A DNA stretch of 64,000 nucleotides, taken from the IMG/VR virus record IMGVR_UViG_3300025600_000001, positions 1-64,000 of that record. One strand, 5' to 3'. Shown piece after piece: positions 61,691 to 64,000 of this stretch (positions within the stretch are counted from its first letter, which is position 1; each line of letters opens with the position of its first letter). This DNA comes from a virus. The position numbers and the translations under genes are program-made. Under the pieces are notes generated by a model, which was not told where the DNA came from, did not search any database, and saw only the letters and a program-made list of their open reading frames with translations.

Positions 61691-62749
61691 ATGATTAAGG
61701 GAATAAATAAAAACATAGATGAAAAAAGTTATCGAACAATTTGTCTTGACAGTGCTAGTTCTTTAAAAGATTTTTCACTAGATAGAAAATTATATTTTAA
61801 ACGTTACGTTTTGTATGAGGTAGTAGAAGAGAAGTTTAATCAATCAATATTGATGGGAAATCTTGTTGATTGTATGTTATTAACGCCTAATTTATTTGAT
61901 AATAAATTTTATATGTCAGCATGTGCATCTTCGCCTTCTGGATTGATGTTAGAATTTGTAGAAGCTCTTTATAGAGCAACTAGAGATGCTATGGGAGAGG
62001 ACAAAATCTTAACAAAGAATTTTGAAGAACTGTCAAAGATTGCATATTTAGCCAGTGGCTTCAAAATTAAATATGAAGCAGTGATAGGTAAGTTTATGGA
62101 TTCTGACAATCAAATTTACTATGACGAATTAGTAAAGGTGAGAACTAATAATCTACTAGTAGTTACAATTGATCAGGTAAATAAAGCTGAACAAATTGTT
62201 GAAGAATTAAAAGTTAATTTTGTAACTAAAGAAATTCTTACACGTATAAATAGTCAAAGATGGACTGTTCTAGTACAACATCAGGTAGAAAACTATTTGG
62301 TTGATAATCATCCTTTTAAGAGTATGATGGATTTATGTATTATAGACCATCAAGAAAAGATTATTCAGATTTATGACTTGAAATGTGTATGGACCGTTGA
62401 AGGCTTTTTTTCTGACTACTATCTTTTTCGTAGAGCATACATTCAGGGATATTTATATTGGAGAGCTGCTATGTATATGAGTAATGATATTAATAGTGAA
62501 TTCTACGAATATACTGTTCTACCTCCAAGATTTATTGTATGTGATAGTATTAACTATTTTAATCCCTTAATATATACAATGTCAAATGATGATCTAAAGG
62601 ATGCGTATGAAGGATTTGAACACAAAGGACATAAATATCCTGGTGTAAAAGAGATAATTTTAAATCTTGATTGGAATATAAATAATAATATCTGGGGGAT
62701 GAGTAGAGAAAACTATATTAACAATGGTATAGTAAATATTAAAGATTAG
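61691..62749 (+). CDS. PD-(D/E)XK exonuclease (RecE/DUF3799-like)
   Basis: SASSLK N-terminus, GNLVD..L, KSMMD...IYDLK...Y.Q.Y.Y motifs. Confidence 0.7.
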   Translation: MIKGINKNIDEKSYRTICLDSASSLKDFSLDRKLYFKRYVLYEVVEEKFNQSILMGNLVDCMLLTPNLFDNKFYMSACASSPSGLMLEFVEALYRATRDAMGEDKILTKNFEELSKIAYLASGFKIKYEAVIGKFMDSDNQIYYDELVKVRTNNLLVVTIDQVNKAEQIVEELKVNFVTKEILTRINSQRWTVLVQHQVENYLVDNHPFKSMMDLCIIDHQEKIIQIYDLKCVWTVEGFFSDYYLFRRAYIQGYLYWRAAMYMSNDINSEFYEYTVLPPRFIVCDSINYFNPLIYTMSNDDLKDAYEGFEHKGHKYPGVKEIILNLDWNINNNIWGMSRENYINNGIVNIKD

Positions 62750-62759
62750 AAACTATAAA

Positions 62760-63314
62760 ATGATGTTAAAAAAAACAATCACGACTGTGTTCATGGTCCC
62801 AACGTTAGGTATAAGTAGTAAACTTCTTAATGATAATGGATTTATTAATGGTTATTCTAAAGATCTTCAGCAAGACATAGAATATAAAGATTCTGTATAT
62901 TTATTATTTCAACCTAAAAATCTTAATCAATTTAAAGAATTTTTAGAGGATGAATATGAACGAACTAAACAGATAATTGAAGACTATGATCTTGCTAAAG
63001 GTTTTGTTGTTGTAGTATATAAGTTAGATCCTTTATATAAAGTTGATTTTGATTTAATACGAAAAAGTAAGTATTCAAAAACTTCTCCAGGTTTTCAAAA
63101 TTTATTTCCAAGAATTAAAAAAATGAATCTTAACGGAATATCAAAAGATGAGATATCTTTGCAATATCGAATTTTTAATAGAACACAGGATCTAATTACT
63201 TTTTGGGAAGATAAATTTGGAATTACTCTTGAAAAAGAACAAGAAGTCTGGAGTGGATTTATTGAAGAAAATGAATGTTTAAATATTGGTAATACTAAAG
63301 AAATAGCTGAATAA
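62760..63314 (+). CDS. Conserved crAss-like hypothetical protein
   Basis: 184-aa ORF directly after the nuclease gene. Confidence 0.6.
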   Translation: MMLKKTITTVFMVPTLGISSKLLNDNGFINGYSKDLQQDIEYKDSVYLLFQPKNLNQFKEFLEDEYERTKQIIEDYDLAKGFVVVVYKLDPLYKVDFDLIRKSKYSKTSPGFQNLFPRIKKMNLNGISKDEISLQYRIFNRTQDLITFWEDKFGITLEKEQEVWSGFIEENECLNIGNTKEIAE

Positions 63315-63375
63315 TTGTTGTTGTAATCTGATTTAATTGGGAGTAATATCTATCAGAATCAGATTCATTTTTTGT

Positions 63376-63416
63376 ATCCTCTTAGGTTCTTTAATAGGAA
63401 CTTAAGAGGATTTTTA
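63376..63416 (+). terminator. Intrinsic terminator
   Basis: atcctcttaggttc-tttaatag-gaacttaagaggat followed by a T-run. Confidence 0.8.
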
Positions 63417-63460
63417 ATCAAATTTTCGTATCTTTAATGTTCACAAACAATGAAAAGATA

Positions 63461-64000
63461 ATGGCAAAAAAAGCAGAAGAAATAAAAGAAAAAAAGGATA
63501 AATTGCGAGAAGCAATAGATCAAATGAATAAAAAATATGGTGTAGGTTCAATAATAACTCTTGATAATAATAACTCTTTAGAGAAATATGAGGTAATTAG
63601 TTCTGGATCTATTGGATTTGATTATATCACTCTTGGAACTGGGGGATGGGTTAAAGGTAAATTATATGAACTAATGGGCTGGGAAGGAGTTGGGAAGAGT
63701 ACTATTTGTGGACATGCTGCTGCTGAGTGTCAAAAAACTGGAGGAAAAGTTTTATATGTAGATGGTGAACATGCTTTAGATAAGAATTATTTTCAGGCAT
63801 TAGGAGTGGATACATCTAAAATGTTAATAGCTCAACCATCCTCAGGAGAAGAAGGATTTAATATTGCAGAAGAAATGATGAAATCAGGGGAACTTGATTT
63901 GGTTATTATTGACTCTGATAGTTCTTTAATTCCAAAAGCTGTGTTAATGGATGGAGAAATTGGAGATTCTTCTATAGGAAAAAAAGCTAAGTTAAATAGT
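63461..64000 (+). CDS. recA: RecA-like recombinase (partial, runs off window end)
   Basis: Manual translation MAKKAEE...ISSGSIGFD..LGTGGWVKGKLYELMGWEGVGKST...YVDGEHALD...QPSSGEEG...LVIIDS. Promoter-like TATCTTTA at 63429. Not in the ORF track. Confidence 0.9.
   Translation, partial: MAKKAEEIKEKKDKLREAIDQMNKKYGVGSIITLDNNNSLEKYEVISSGSIGFDYITLGTGGWVKGKLYELMGWEGVGKSTICGHAAAECQKTGGKVLYVDGEHALDKNYFQALGVDTSKMLIAQPSSGEEGFNIAEEMMKSGELDLVIIDSDSSLIPKAVLMDGEIGDSSIGKKAKLNS

Noticed and set aside
1-64000. Stop-codon reassignment (TAG or TGA), known in some crAss-like phages
   Set aside because: Core genes are full length in the standard code, several end in TAG or TGA, and no suppressor tRNA was seen.

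Overview
A 64-kb, very AT-rich segment of a crAss-like (Crassvirales-type) Bacteroidota phage genome, read in the standard genetic code. Positions 1-17966 (minus strand) are the late/virion module: HU/IHF-like protein, terminase, portal, scaffold-like protein, major capsid protein, tRNA-Met, ring/auxiliary capsid proteins, and Thr/Ser-linker tail proteins including a BspA-type LRR protein. Transcription switches strand near 18,000-18,170. Next comes an ORF-poor region with several predicted structured RNAs and a circularly permuted two-piece tmRNA (20.7-21.0 kb), then many small early ORFs. The replication/recombination module follows: family B DNA polymerase, ECF sigma factor, DnaB-like and SF2 helicases, AAA/Sak4-like ATPase, SSB-like protein, primase, DUF932-like protein, UDG, rIIA/rIIB-like proteins, PD-(D/E)XK nuclease and a partial RecA. 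The most striking pattern is that at least four free-standing homing endonuclease cassettes (three GIY-YIG, one LAGLIDADG) appear to have inserted about 20-30 codons into conserved genes. Each leaves a dead N-terminal stub upstream and brings its own Bacteroidota-type promoter, the endonuclease ORF and a diverged replacement N-terminus that restores the target gene with no intron or intein. All calls come from reading motifs by eye; no database searches or folding programs were run.
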